NCBI RefSeq assembly: GCF_046119375.1
Contig: NW_027362771.1
Span: 431,334,001-431,398,000 of the forward strand
Source of the DNA: Phyllobates terribilis
Lineage: Eukaryota
Direction of reading: 5' to 3'
Length of the DNA: 64,000 nucleotides
Shown here: positions 1 to 12,751 of the stretch, in pieces
How positions within the stretch are numbered: the stretch's first letter is position 1
Layout: the number at the start of each line of letters is the position of its first letter
The notes under the pieces: generated by a model
Databases searched by the model: none
Told to the model about the DNA's origin: nothing
Seen by the model: only the letters and a program-made list of their open reading frames with translations
Position numbers and translations under genes: made by a program

Positions 1-21
1 TTCTATATGGACAAAAGGGAT

Positions 22-417
22 TTAAAGTGGTTGTCCGGGACTTGTATACTGATGACCGAATCCTTAGGATGGGTCATCAATATCAGACAAGGGCTGGTCC
101 AATACCGGGTACCTCTACCTATCAGATGTTGTACAAGTATAATGTAAAGAGATTGAACAGCCCGACTCCATACACTGCGTAGTGGCCGATCACAGGTACT
201 ACAGCTCAGCTCCTGCTAAAGTGTACGGCATTGTGGTGTCCCGGCTCTGTACACTGTGTACATCTGGTTGCTGATCATGTCGGATGTCAGGTCTTCTATT
301 GATGACCGATCCAAAGGATAGAGCATCGATATATTAATCCTGGACAGAATCTTTTTAAAAAATGAACACTTTCTGACAGGTTTTTCCAGTCATCTTATTT
401 TCTGGGGACCCCCTTAA
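22..417. mobile_element. T2/Kolobok-type TTAA MITE (degenerate)
   Basis: Begins TTAAAGTGGTTGTCC and ends ...GGGGACCCCCTTAA, resembling the TTAAAGGRR..GTCC termini of frog T2-family MITEs. Boundaries approximate. Confidence 0.45.
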
Positions 418-984
418 ATAAACATATACAGATTAGATCACTGGCGGACACAGACAGAAGAGGGCCCCTGTGCAGGAGCAATATATGGGCCCTTTACAGT
501 GCAGTAGCTCATCATAATGCACAATTCCACATGTTTTGGAGGTGAAAATTGGCCCCCTTAACTCTTGGGCCCCTGTGCGTCTGCACAGGTTGCACCAATG
601 GCATGTCTGCTCCTGGATTAGATGAAGGATGGCCATGCCCGCTGATTTCAGAGGGATCAGTTGACCAGCCAGTGTGTATGGCAGTGCCCCAAATATACCC
701 CAAAGGCAGATACCGAGGCAAAGAAAAGGTCGAGCATCTTCAATTGTGTTAACATACCAGATTCTTTGTTCTCACATAAGATGACCTTCCCCTGTCCAGG
801 ATACATATAAGCTTGTTGGGGCAGATTGTTTGTGAGGCTCATGAATCAGATGCAATCAGCGGCCACCAGTCCGGGCTCCGGTATTCGTACAGGGTTTACA
901 TTGGTAAATGGTGAAAGGAAGCCGGTGATTTCCATTTCTGTAAGCAGAAAAAGGTGTGAGGCATCTATTTAAGATAATAAATTC

Positions 985-1390
985 ATGCTAGCACTGAATA
1001 TGGGGACATGCTAGCACTAACTATGGGGACATGCTTGCAATGAATGTGGGGATGTGCTAGCACTGAATATGGGGACATGATAGCACTGAATATGGAGACA
1101 CACTAGCACTGAATATGGGGACATGATAGCATTGAATATGGGGATACGCTAGCACTGAATATGGGGACATGCTAGCACTGAATATGAGGACATTCTAGCA
1201 CTGAATATGAGAACATGCTAGCACTGAATGTGAGGACATGCTAGCACTGAATATGAGGACATGCTAGCACTGAATATGAGGACATGCTAGCACTGAACAT
1301 GCTGGCACTGAATATGGGGACATGCTAGCACTGAATATGAGGACATTCTAGCACTGAATATGGGGACATGCTAGCACTGAATATGGGGCT
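985..1390. repeat. 23-bp minisatellite (CTAGCACTGAATATGGGGACATG)n, about 17 copies
   Basis: Directly visible tandem units, e.g. CTAG at 988 and 1011. A few variant or short units. Confidence 0.95.
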
Positions 1391-1579
1391 CTGTTGGAAC
1401 TAATGGTGCTTCTGGCAACCATTATAGGAGGGTGAACTGTACTTGTGAGGTGAGTTCACACAGAGAAATTATACTGGCAAATAATTGTTATATCAATAAG
1501 AAAACACATAAACGTATTTGTGAGAGAGAGGAAAAAAACTTTCAACGACAAACAGCAATAGTGGTAGAATGCCATATGC

Positions 1580-1720
1580 CAGTCTCCAATATGGCGACGG
1601 AGGCGTCACCACCCGGCTGCTAGCCCAGCTTCCTTGACACCGGAAGTGACGTTGTCACGGCTGCCGGAAGTACCGTCCACGCTCAGCTTCCTGTCATATT
1701 TTCCGGCACACAGAGGAATC
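1580..1720 (+). promoter_or_regulatory. HYPK: HYPK CpG-rich TATA-less promoter/5'UTR
   Basis: AATATGGCG (YY1-like), two CCGGAAGT (ETS/GABP-like) and TTCCGG immediately upstream of the ATG at 1721. Confidence 0.65.
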
Positions 1721-1882
1721 ATGGCAGCAGAAGGGGACGTGGAGCTGGAGTTAGAGACAGAGGAGAACTGCAGCGAGCGGCCGACGGACAAACACCGCAA
1801 GCATGACAGCGGGGCGGCCGATCTGGAGAGAGTCACAGACTATGCGGAGGAGAAGGAGATCCAGAGCTCCAACCTGGAGACG
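1721..1882 (+). CDS. HYPK: Huntingtin-interacting protein K, exon 1 (phase 0)
   Basis: MAAEGDVELELETEE...KHDSGAADLERVTDYAEEKEIQSSNLET matches HYPK. GT donor at 1883. Confidence 0.97.
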
Positions 1883-3384
1883 GTGCGAGGCTGATAGGGG
1901 AAGGGTCCTGAGCCTGGGGGGCCAGCGCTCGCCGTCCTGGGCTGTGCACGTGTGATGGGACCCCAGGGCGCAGCCTGCTGTGGCCTCACTGGCTCCATAA
2001 TCAGCAGCGCTGCTTACAGCCGCCGCTCACCACTGGCTCACAGCGTTACTGACAACTGCAGGGGTGGCAAACTGCCGAAAAGAAAAACCTGCCCACAGCA
2101 ACCAATCACAGCGCAGCTTCCATTTCTCGTGAGCAGAATAAGAGGTGAAAGCTTTGCTGTGATTGGTTGTGTTTCTTTAGGGCAGTTTGTTAGATGGGTC
2201 GTATCTCTTCAAAGATTATTGCTCCAATGTTCCAAAGAGGCAAAATCCCCATAATCTCTACTCACACTCCGGGGTCTAGCGCTGCCTCTCACCTCTGCTC
2301 CAGTCTTTCATGATCTGCAGAAGTGGTGACATCACATTGGTGGTCAGTGGCCCTGCTTGTGTAGATGGCATGGATCACTGATCCCAGTGATTGGCTGCGG
2401 TATTCTTGTGCGGTATAGTTGTGACATCACCGCTGCAGCCTTCCATAAAGACCGGAGCAGCTCTGGAGTGGAGGAGGGTGAGAATAAGGGCCGGGTCACA
2501 AAACCATACATTGTCTCATCCAAGAAAAGCATGTCCATAATGCTAATGGCACTGATCAGAGTGTGAGCACAGTCTGATCCGAATCTCTTGGATGAGAAGA
2601 CAGGACAAAATATCTCCATTTTGTTGGTGCACGGATCAAAACATCTGAGTGCAGTCTGTTTTCCACAGACTCCTTGTCTTACACGGCCGAGTGCATTCCG
2701 AATATCGGATCAAACTCTGACATGCTGACTCAGTCCAAGGAAAAAATCTGACCTGCACGTCCCCATTGAATAATATTGGTCCAAGTGTAATCCAATGTTT
2801 TGTCTGATTGCGCTCGGACCAGAAATATGGCCTTGTGCCATTTTTAATGTCTCCAAGCCCATGATTGGAAAAAAAAAAGATCCTGGACAACTCCGTTAAC
2901 TTTACACCTCTGGAGCTGCTCCATCTATATGACTGGACTCGGGGGTGATAGGCTAATAAAACTGTACAAGGCACAGAATTCACAGCTGTGAACTCCACAG
3001 CACTCGGTGCTGGTATCACTGCGGACCTGCTGCCGACTTAGGGGATTGCTCTTCTCTCTTTGTGAATTTTGTACGTCTGCAGCATAAATGGAAACGCTCC
3101 ACAGCCGATCCACGATTTTTGTTTGATTTTCTCTGCAGCCCATGTGAGATCTCATAACATGTCATTGACAGCTCTAGGGTGTAGCAGATTTTTCATGTAA
3201 GATGCGCAGAAACTTGAGTGGCACAATGCCTGGATCAGCTGTGGGATCGGCAGGTTTTAGTTGTGTCCCTGGCTGTTAGATCAGAGCAGGTCTGTTCTTC
3301 CATATTGTACTTGTCTTATAGACTCTCATCCTGCTGGAATGAGTGGCTCCTGTGTTTCTGATCTGATTGTATTTTGTCTTTTAG

Positions 3385-3440
3385 GCCATGTCAGTCATTG
3401 GAGACAGGCGTTCAAGGGAGCAGAAAGCCAAACAAGAACG
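3385..3440 (+). CDS. HYPK: HYPK exon 2
   Basis: ttttag|GCCATG...GAACG|gtgagg encodes AMSVIGDRRSREQKAKQE(R). Confidence 0.97.
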
Positions 3441-4761
3441 GTGAGGTCATCACTGTTACTAATATACAGTCACGACGGCTATTATTCTGATGTGTCCCCT
3501 GTACATAATGTACAAGTTTAAGGAAATTGTAAGATTACGTTGTGCACGACGAAATGATATGACAAGATACTATAGAATAAAATCTTCTGAGTATTTGTCA
3601 TCAGTGTAACAGCAGACGGGCATGTTGGCTGCAGAATCTCTATTTTCATATCCTCAGTGTAGATTTTTCACACCTAAATGAGCATGTATTGCAGATTTGT
3701 AGGCAGAAAAGTATTGTGATTACAGTAAAGTACCTGTAATGGTGATCACTTCCATACCCTTGTATTAGAAGTCCATGTGTTCGATCGAAAAAATCCATTG
3801 GTGAATTCATATTCAAATCAGCTCGCAGTGCACTGGGCTCGGCCTGCACATTCTGCTCCCGGGCCTCTCTCCCGGTTTCTCCTCCCGACACCTGTCTCCT
3901 GGCAGTGATGGACAGGTCACTCTTCTCTGTGACAGTCTTCCCTGGCCGACATCTTGCATATGTCATTCCCACGGCCGATGCATGCGCAGTAAAGTCCTGA
4001 TGACTTTGAGAAATCCAACCTCGTCATCTTTGACGAATGACAGCGCCTGCACAAGATGTCAGTCATTGTGACCTGCTCCCCTGCGTGAGATCACACGCAC
4101 GTGCCATCTTTTTCGGGAGTGGCGCATGTACAAATGGGATGGTCCAACTCTCGCAGCGTCCTCAGGACATTACTGTTCATGCTCTGCCTACAGGGATCTG
4201 GGGCGCCAATGGATTGAGACAACAGAGACATGAACTTTAAAATATAAAGGTATGAAAGAAATCATCATTACATGTACTTTACTGTGATGACGTTACTTTG
4301 GAGTTGAACAACCTGCTGACAGGTTCCCTTTAAATCTGCTTTATGTTAATTCTTTCTGTGGATTTTCACTGCAGATTTCACCTAGTTCTGTGTGGGAGGG
4401 GTGAAATGAGTTGAATGAATTGATAGTGAGGTCAGACATGGTGATTGCATAGTTAGAACATATAGCTATTCAGCTATTTACACATAATTAGTTTTGGGCA
4501 TTTCTCATGGTGACAGATTACCTTTATAGTATTTATTCTTAAAAGGGTGGTCCTGTTTTAAAGTATATTTAACGCAGCAAGATATACAATTTATAAAAGG
4601 TGTGCTGATCTGAGGCCCAGCATCTTTTTTGTGGTAAAATGAGAAGATGCGATATTCTGTAACCAAAGCCGTTAGTCATGGCCTCTTGGTATAATGTGCT
4701 GTCAGGATGGAGCCTAATTGTTAGTCGAGTAAATTACTAAAGAAATGCATTTTTGTTTCAG

Positions 4762-4813
4762 AGAAAAAGAACTAGCAAAAGTTACCATCAAGAAGGAAGA
4801 TGTGGAGCTTATT
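4762..4813 (+). CDS. HYPK: HYPK exon 3
   Basis: tttcag|AGAAAAA...CTTATT|gtgagt encodes (R)EKELAKVTIKKEDVELI. Phase consistent with exon 2. Confidence 0.97.
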
Positions 4814-5530
4814 GTGAGTATGAATGAGTTGGCAATATTTCCAAAGATGTGGAGCTTAACGGGCTTTTCTTGGCCTAATATATTGATGACGACTTCTCTT
4901 TAGGGCAGGTCATCAGTTTGGGATCGGTGGGGTCCAGAACCCCACTGATCATCTGATATCTGCAGCTGCTGGATGTGGGCATTGTGTGAAGCCGGACACC
5001 ACAGCTTTGCATGTTTAGTGCTGAAGTTTATCTCCCATTCACTTGATTAAAAAAAATAAGTGAAAAAATAAAAAGTGAATAAAAAAAAAAGTGATAGTAT
5101 TATTAAATCTCATACCAGGCACTTTGTCTAGAGATATCTGCTCTGCTCTCAGCTGCACGCTCGGTTTATGTGAATCTTTTGGCGAGTGTGATTTTGCATT
5201 TCTGAGACTCATTAAGGCTTTTTCGACGGTTTCTTGGCTTAAAGCTCACAAACGAAATATTGCAATATGTTTGCACAACTCTGAAGTTGTTGAAAAATGT
5301 TGACTTTTGGTGTTTCTGCACTTAGTCCCAGCAGCCCCGCCAGAGTGGGTGGAGAAGGGATGGGAAGGGTTGTGGTGAAGCCCATCCATCAATTCATCAT
5401 AATTTGCACAACAAAAGTGGCTTAAATTACTCCTCAAATTATATTGGGTGCTGCATTGGTCATGAATGGTAACATAGAAAGTAACACCCAAAAATACCTT
5501 TTTACATTCTGCTCCATATGTGGGGTAACC

Positions 5531-5577
5531 GCCTCGATGCGCGTTTCACCCTCTGTACTGTGGCTTCGTCAAGAGGC
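5531..5577 (-). ncRNA. Degenerate minimal type-I hammerhead ribozyme motif (Penelope-like element relic)
   Basis: Minus strand reads GCCTC-TTGACGA-A-GCC(acagtacagag)GGT-GAAA-CGCGCATC-GAGGC. This gives stem I, a CUGANGA-like core, stem II and GAAA. Confidence 0.55.
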
Positions 5578-5859
5578 CTTGTGTGGGGTATGTCTGTGTT
5601 ATGGAGCCTTAGATCGTCCTACCTCTGTATTTTGACATTTAATTCAATGGTCTGCATTTTCCCTATGTTGGTTATAGGGTTATATATAATGCTTTTGAGG
5701 TGGCAGCTCTAACATTCTTTGTTTTTTTTTAATTGGTTTCCATGGCACCTTTCGGTTAGGACTGGCATACAGAACAGTCTTAACGAATCGGGGGCTTACA
5801 TTTTTCCTTATTATTGTACATCTTTTCTTAATGCCCTTTGGAAGTGCATTGAGCTATAG

Positions 5860-5976
5860 GTTGGATTGCTGCTAAAGGGGAAAAAAAAACAAAACTCTTT
5901 TAAATCTTCTCCCTTAGCGAGTGTGAACGGAGCGGAAGTGCAGACGGAAGTAAGTGTGTGACTTGTTTTTCAGTGA
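5860..5976 (+). repeat. Upstream copy of an ~115-bp segment repeated at ~6255-6365 (CR1 5' region)
   Basis: GTTGGATTGCTGCTAAAGGGG...GCAGACGGAAGTAAGTGTGTGACTTGTTTT occurs at both positions with a few substitutions. Confidence 0.85.
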
Positions 5977-6252
5977 ATAGGTAATTGGGAATCCTGCAGA
6001 AAATACCTGTGTGATTTGCTGTGGGTTGCTGAATTGTTAACTGCTGAGTGCTTTTCTACCTGTTAGGTTTTAAAAAGCCCAATAAAACTAATTTTCTCTC
6101 TACAGTTTTACAGTCTTTTATTTTACTACCTGTATATTTAAGGATTAACTACATTGCACTTAAATCCTGAGGTGTAGCTATACTCACAAGGGGTTAATTA
6201 AGGGTGAGGGGGTCATTAAGGGTTTATACGGGTCAGCTGGTTGTGGCATCCA

Positions 6253-9200
6253 GGTTGGATTGCTGCTAAAGGGGAAAAAAACAAAACTCTTTAAACCTTC
6301 TTCCTTAGCGAGTGTGACCGGAGTGTAAGTGCAGACGGAAGTAAGTGTGTGACTTGTTTTTCAGTGACTTGGATACAGGGAGTTTGGAAGGGAGGAATTT
6401 GGACTGAATTGCTGTCTGTATTTTATTAATTAGTTTGCAAAGTTGGCAGATGAGGGGGGTGTTGGTACAGGGGTAGCACTGTTGCAGCAAGGCATGTCCT
6501 CTGAAAGCCGGAGGAGTGTCAGCTCCAGTAAGGGGGGAAATAGGAGAGCAGGGCAGGCCAGGCAGGTGCTGGTAGTGGGGGACTCGATTATTAGGGGAAC
6601 AGAGAGGGCGATCTGTCACAAAGACAGCGATCATCGAACAGTGTGCTGCCTACCTGGCGCTCGAGTCCAGCACATCGCTGATCGGGTTGACAGATTACTG
6701 GGAGGGGCTGGTGAGGACCCAGCGGTCATGGTGCACATTGGCACAAATGACAAAGTTAAGCCCCCGTCACACTAAGCGAGATCGCTAGCGAGATCGCTGC
6801 TGAGTCACAAGTTTTGTGACGCAACAGCGACCTCCGTAGCGATTTCGCTACGTTTGACACTTAGCAGCGACCAGGCCCCTGCTGTGAGATCGCTGGTCGT
6901 GTCGGTATGTTCTGGACATTTCTTTGATCGTTGAGGCCCCGCTGCGTAGCTTGTATCGGTGTGTTTGACACCTTACCAACGACCTTGTTGACGACTCAGA
7001 CACAGAAACACATAGGCGTGCATCGTTATACAGATCGTTACGGGTCGTTGCATCGCTGCTGCGTTGTTGGGAAGATCTGACTGTTTGACATCTCACCAGC
7101 GACCACATAGCGACGCAGCAACGATCCGTGACAGGTCGTATCGTTGTCGGGATCGCTGTAGCGTCGCTTAGTGTGACGGGGCCTTTAGAGGTAAGTGGAA
7201 GGTCCTTAAAGCTGATTTCAGGGAATTAGGCTGCAAGCTTAAAGCAAGGACCTCCAAGGTGGTATTCTCTGAAATACTGCCTGTGCCACGCCAGAGAGGC
7301 AACGGGAGATTAGGGAGATAAATAAGTGGCTCAGGAATTGGTGTAGGAAGGAGGGGTTTGGGTTCCTGGAGAACTGTGCCGACTTCTCAGTTGGCAACAG
7401 GTTCTACGCTAGGGACGGGCTGCACCTCAATGGGGAGGGTACAGCTGTGCTGGGGGAGAAAATGGCTAGAAGGTTGGAGGAGTGTTTAAACTAGGGATTG
7501 GGGGGGGGGGATATTAGTGCAGATAGTGACCTGGGCACAAATAAAGAAATTGGGGGTGGGGTTAGAACAGTCAATATAGTAAGAATGAATAAAGGTACAG
7601 AGAGATACATAAAATGCATGTACACTAATGCCAGAAGCCTCACCAACAAAATGGAGGAATTAGAATTAATTTTGTTGGAAAATAATTCTGACATGGCTGG
7701 ACGAGAGCCATGACTGGGCAGTTAATTTACAGGGCTATAGTCTGTTCAGAAATGACCGTACAAACAAGCAAGGGGGAAGGTGTGTGTTTATATGTAAAAT
7801 CATCCTTAAAACCCATCTTGCTTAAGAGTATATGTGAATCTAATGAAAATGTAGAGTCCCTGTGGTGTTGGAGATAAGGGGAGGGGGAAAAAATAATAAA
7901 TTACTGATAGGGGTTTGTTATAAGTCTCCACAAATAATGGAAGCAGCGGAGAATATCCTCATAAAGCAAATAGATGAAGCAGCGACTCAAGGAGAAGTCA
8001 TTATTATGGGGGACTTCAACTACCCTGAAATACATTGGGCAACAGAAACCTGTAGTTCAAGCAAAGGTAATAGGTTTTTGACAACTATGAGAGACAATTA
8101 CCTTTCACAACTGGTTCAGGACCCAACAAGAAGGGGGGCACTGCTAGACCTAATATTAACCAACAGGCCAGACCGCATATCAAATATACGAACTGGGGGT
8201 CACTTGGGTAATAGTGATCACAAAATAATAAGTTTTCATGTATCCTTTAATAAGATGTGTAGTAGAGGGGTTACAAGGACACTAAACTTCAGAAAGGCAA
8301 ATTTCCAACGGTTGAGAGATGATCTTAGTGCAATAAACTGGGACGATATCCTGAGACATAAAACTACACAAAGCAAATGGGAGACATTTATTAGCATCCT
8401 GAATAGGACCTGTGCACAATATATACCCTATGGGAATAAACATGCTAGAAATGGGAGGAAACCACTATGGCTAAATAGAGCTGTAAGGGGCGCAATAAGT
8501 GACAAAAAAAAGCATTTAGAGAACTAAAGCAAGTAGGTAGTGATGAGGCATTAAATAAATATAGAAAATTAAATACATTCTGTAAAAACCAAATCAAGGC
8601 AGCAAAGATTGAGACAGAGAGACTCATTGCCAGAGAAAGTTAAAATAATCCCAAAATATTCTTTAACTACATAAATAGTAAAAAAAAAAAAAAAAAAAAC
8701 GAAAAAATGATGGTGTTGGCCCCTTTAAAAATACTCTGGGTGAAATGGTGGATGAGGAAAAAGCCAATATGCTAAATGTGTTTTTTTTTCAACAGTATTT
8801 ACACAAGAAAATTGCATGACAGAAAACATGATTAGTGATGACAAAAATTCTCCATTAAATGTCACTTGCTTAACCCAGCAGGAAGTACGGCAGCGTCTAA
8901 AAATCACTAAAGTTGACAAATCCCCGGGCCCGGATGGGATACACCCCCGCGAGTACTGCAGGAATTAAGTAACGTCATAGATATACCATTGTTTTTAATC
9001 TTTAAAGATTCCATAATAACAGAGTCTGTACCACAGGACTGGCGTATAGCAAATGTGGTGCCAATATTCAAAAAGGGGACAAAAACTGAACTTGGAAATT
9101 ATAGGCCGGTAAGCTTAACCTCTACTGTGGGTAAAATCCTGGAGGGTTTCCTAAGAGATGCTACATGAGAGTATCTGAAGAGGAATAACCTCATGACCCA

Positions 9201-10571
9201 ATACCAACATGGGTTTACGAGGGACCGTTCCTGTCAAACTAATCTGATCAGTTTTTATGAAGAGGTAAGTTCCGGACTGAACCAAGGAAATGCAGTGGAT
9301 GTTGTGTATATGGACTTTTCAAAAGCTTTTGATACGGTTCCACACAAAATACATAAAATGAGAACAATGGGGATTGGGGAAAATATATGTATGTGGGTTA
9401 AGAACTGGCTCAGTGATAGGAAACAAAGGGTGGTTATTAATGGAAAACACTCAGACTGGGTCACAGTTAACAGTGGGGTACCACAGGGGTCAGTATTGGG
9501 CCCGCTTTTTTTTTTAACATATTAATGACCTTGTAGGGGGCATACAGAGTGGTATTTCAATATTTGGAGATGACACTAAACTCTGCAGGGTAATCAATAC
9601 AGAGGAGGACAATTTTATATTACAGGAGGATCTATGTAAACTAGAAGCTTGGGCTGATAAATGGAAATGAGCTTTAATGGGGATAAATGTAAGGTAATGC
9701 ACTTGGGCAGAGGAAATAAAATGTATAATTATATGCTTAATTGTAAATCACTGGGCAAAACTGTAACTGAAAAAGACCTGGGTGTATTGGTGGACGACAA
9801 GCTCACGTTTAGTGGCCAGTGTCAGGCTGCTGCTGCAAAGGCAAATAAAATTATGGGATGCATTAAAAGAGGCATAGATGCTCATGAGGAGAACATAATT
9901 TTACCTCTATACAAGTCATTAGTGCGACCACACTTAGAATACTGTGTACAGTTCTGGTCTCCGGTGTATAAGAAAGACATAGCTGAACTAGAGCGGGTGC
10001 AGAGAAGAGCGGCCAAGGTTATTAGAGGACTGAGGGGTCTGCAATACCGAGACATGTTATTACACTTGGGGTTATTTACTGTGGGAAAACGAAGGTGATC
10101 TTATTACTATGTACAAGTATATGAGGGGACAGTACAAAGACCTTTCTACTGATCTTTTTACTCTGAGGCCTGAGACGGGGACAAGGGGGCATCTTCTACG
10201 CCTGGAAGAAAGAAGGTTTAATCATAATCACAGACGGGGATTCTTTACTGTAAGAGCAGTGAGACTATGGAACTCTCTGCCGCATGATGTTGTAATGAGT
10301 GATTCACTACTAAAATTTAAGGGCCTGGATGCCTTTCTTGAAAAGTATAATATTACAGGTTATAAATACTAGATTCCTTGATAGGGCGTTGATCCAGGGA
10401 ACTAGTCTGATTGTTGTATGTGGAGTCAGGAAGGAATTTTTTTCCTCAATGTGGAGCTTAGTATTTGCCACGTGGAGTTTTTTTTGCCTTCCTCTGGATC
10501 AACATGTTAGGCTATGGGTTGAACTAGATGGACTTAGTTTTTAAGGTTGAAGAAAGACTGTTACTATGTTA
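6253..10571 (+). mobile_element. Near-full-length CR1 LINE (decayed) in HYPK intron 3, sense orientation
   Basis: ORF1 SGNH-esterase motif VLVVGDS...VHIGTNDK. ORF2 endonuclease motifs YTNARSL, IMGDFNYP and GNSDHK. RT motifs QHGF..SCQTNL, GVPQGSVLGP and FGDDTKL. ACTATGTT-type 3' tail. Multiple frameshifts and stops. Confidence 0.93.
6759..7184. mobile_element. PIF/Harbinger-type MITE (426 bp) inserted in CR1 ORF1
   Basis: TIRs AGCCCCCGTCACACTAAGCGA / TCGCTTAGTGTGACGGGGCCT with TTA TSD at 6756-6758 and 7185-7187. Removing it restores the ORF1 frame GTNDKV-RGKWK. Confidence 0.93.
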
Positions 10572-11553
10572 TATTGTACATTTATTTTTTGCCCCTAACC
10601 TGTTGCTTTAAGGGCTTAGTTTGACAAACATTTTAAACATCAGTGAAGGTACTAAGCAGTCTGCGCTTTCAAAGACGTTCAAAGTAAATTGAGATAATTC
10701 TACCAACTTATATGTACATTTTAAGACAAAAATAGCAGCTTTCACCCCTTCTAAAATATGACTACTGTTATGTCTTGAAGCAGGATCAGAAGCTGAACCT
10801 GCACATTGCAGGCAGAGGCTGGCTGTGTTACCCAGCCATCATCTGCCTCCATCAGCTGCGATAGGAGCTGCTCTGCCCGCGTCTGTTAACTTTTTAAATG
10901 CTGTTATCAATCTCTGACAGCAGCATTTACAGAGCACGGCCTGGAGGTGTGCTGTTCCTAGTGCCCATTGCCCCACACAATCTTCTCCGCACACGCAACT
11001 AGATCGTGGGGTGCCGATGGGTTGCAAATGGCAACCAGGGGTCTTCTGAAGACATCCGTGCCCACCATGACTGAATTCCTATAAAGACAAGCTTGTTGGC
11101 CTGGCGTTCATAGACAATGATTGTTGCTATACACTGCAATACTGTGGTTTTGCAGTATATATTGTCGATCAGATGATCACAGGTTTTATTCCCCTAAGGG
11201 GACTTACTTTATTTTTTAAGTTTTTAAAACTATAACACCTCCTGCAGCACCACAATTAAATCTAAAATAAGAAAAAAACATACATGGCATCGCTGAGTTG
11301 GTAAGTCATTCTATTAAAACATAAAATTAGTTAACCTGATCAGTAAATAATGAGAAAAAAAAATCAAAATGCCAGAATTGTGGGGTTTTTTTGGTCGTAG
11401 ATCATTTTTATTGTTGCCAAAAAAGCAATAAACAATAAAAACCTTATCAATAAATAACATCAGCTCAGTGTGCAAACTTTAGATTTTGCAACATTTTTTT
11501 TTACCACTTACCAAATTTGTGTAGATTATTTTTTATTTCCTTAATCGTACTAA

Positions 11554-11756
11554 GGCCACGGCCCCACTATCAGTATTCGGTCGGTATTTTTTCTCAGGAG
11601 TGGGAGCCAAAACCAGGAGTGGGTGATAAATGCAGAATTGGTGACTTGTTTCTATTATACCTTTTCTCTGATTGCTCCTCACCTGGTTTTGGCTCCCACT
11701 CCTGAGAAAAAATACTGACCGAATACTGACCAAATACTGATAGTGGAGCCGTGGCC
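11554..11756. mobile_element. Harbinger-type MITE (203 bp)
   Basis: TIRs GGCCACGGCCCCACTATCAGTA / TACTGATAGTGGAGCCGTGGCC with TAA TSD on both sides. Confidence 0.88.
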
Positions 11757-12234
11757 TAACCCGGAGAATCAGGTTGCTTTTCCCACACCGTGAATACAAA
11801 AAAATAATTGCAGATTTTTCTTCCCCGCAATTTCATGTCAAATTTTTTCCTAGTTTTCTAGTACATTGAATGTTGTCATTCAAAACTACACCTCAGCCTG
11901 CAAAAAAAACCAGGCCCTCATGTGGCTAAGTGGACGGAAGAATAAGGAGTTATGGCTCCTGGCAGAAGGAAAAAAACAAACACTAAAAATTAAAACAGGG
12001 TTATGAAGAAAGTTTAGTGATGTTATCATGTACAAGCCTTTAATGCAAACTATAATCAGTTTGGAAAAAATGTTAAATACCTGTGAATAATTACTTAAAA
12101 GAAAAGTTTTCTGGCCTCTAAAAAAAAAAAAAAAAAAAAAATTTTCGATGCACAACTTTGTGTAATGATTGCTAATCCTCAGGGGTAAAGTGTGTTGTCA
12201 GGAGTTGTTGTATTAATGCTTTCTCTTATTTCAG

Positions 12235-12330
12235 ATGCATGAGATGGAGATTCCCCGGTCGGTAGCAGAACGAAGTTTGCGAGAACACATGGGAAACGTG
12301 GTAGAAGCGCTCATTGCTCTCACTAACTGA
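12235..12330 (+). CDS. HYPK: HYPK exon 4 (terminal)
   Basis: tttcag|ATGCATGAG...AACTGA encodes MHEMEIPRSVAERSLREHMGNVVEALIALTN*, the HYPK UBA-like C-terminus. Confidence 0.97.
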   Translation: MHEMEIPRSVAERSLREHMGNVVEALIALTN

Positions 12331-12745
12331 ACCTCTAGTGCCAAGACACTTCTGCTGATGGTTTCCATATATTGCAGGAAAAGCTTTGTCTAGAGGAACG
12401 GGGAACAACTAAATATGGACTGTTCATTAGGACAACAGTGTTTGTGGGGAAAAAAATCTCAGCATATCCTCGTGGGCATGCTGGGCCTTGCAGTTCTACA
12501 CCAGCTGCTCTGTAGAGGGTGTCCTTGGAAAGTTTTGGTTCAATGGAATGAAATATTTCCATGTCCTATGCTGTCATTTGACAAAACTGGTAGATTTGAC
12601 CTTGACTTATTGTAGACTATCACTATGATGAACAATCCTGTTCTATAACAAAAGTAAACTTAATTGGCAGAGTTCAACTTTTTCCTTATTTTTCATAATA
12701 TTTTATTATGTGGAAAATTGGCCCAGTTTAGATTGTGGTACGTGA

Positions 12746-12751
12746 AATAAA
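12746..12751 (+). terminator. HYPK: Probable HYPK polyadenylation signal
   Basis: AATAAA about 415 nt after the stop, followed by a GT-rich tract (gtgttttgtgggttgtg). Confidence 0.6.

Noticed and set aside
657-960. SERINC4 first exon (expected upstream of HYPK from human synteny)
   Set aside because: A minus ORF MSLTNNLPQQ...KES|gtatgt has a donor, but I see no similarity to the Cys-rich SERINC N-terminus.
8679-8700. Poly-A run inside the CR1 as a separate retro-insertion
   Set aside because: CR1 ORF2 sequence is colinear on both sides, so this is a homopolymer expansion or sequencing slippage.
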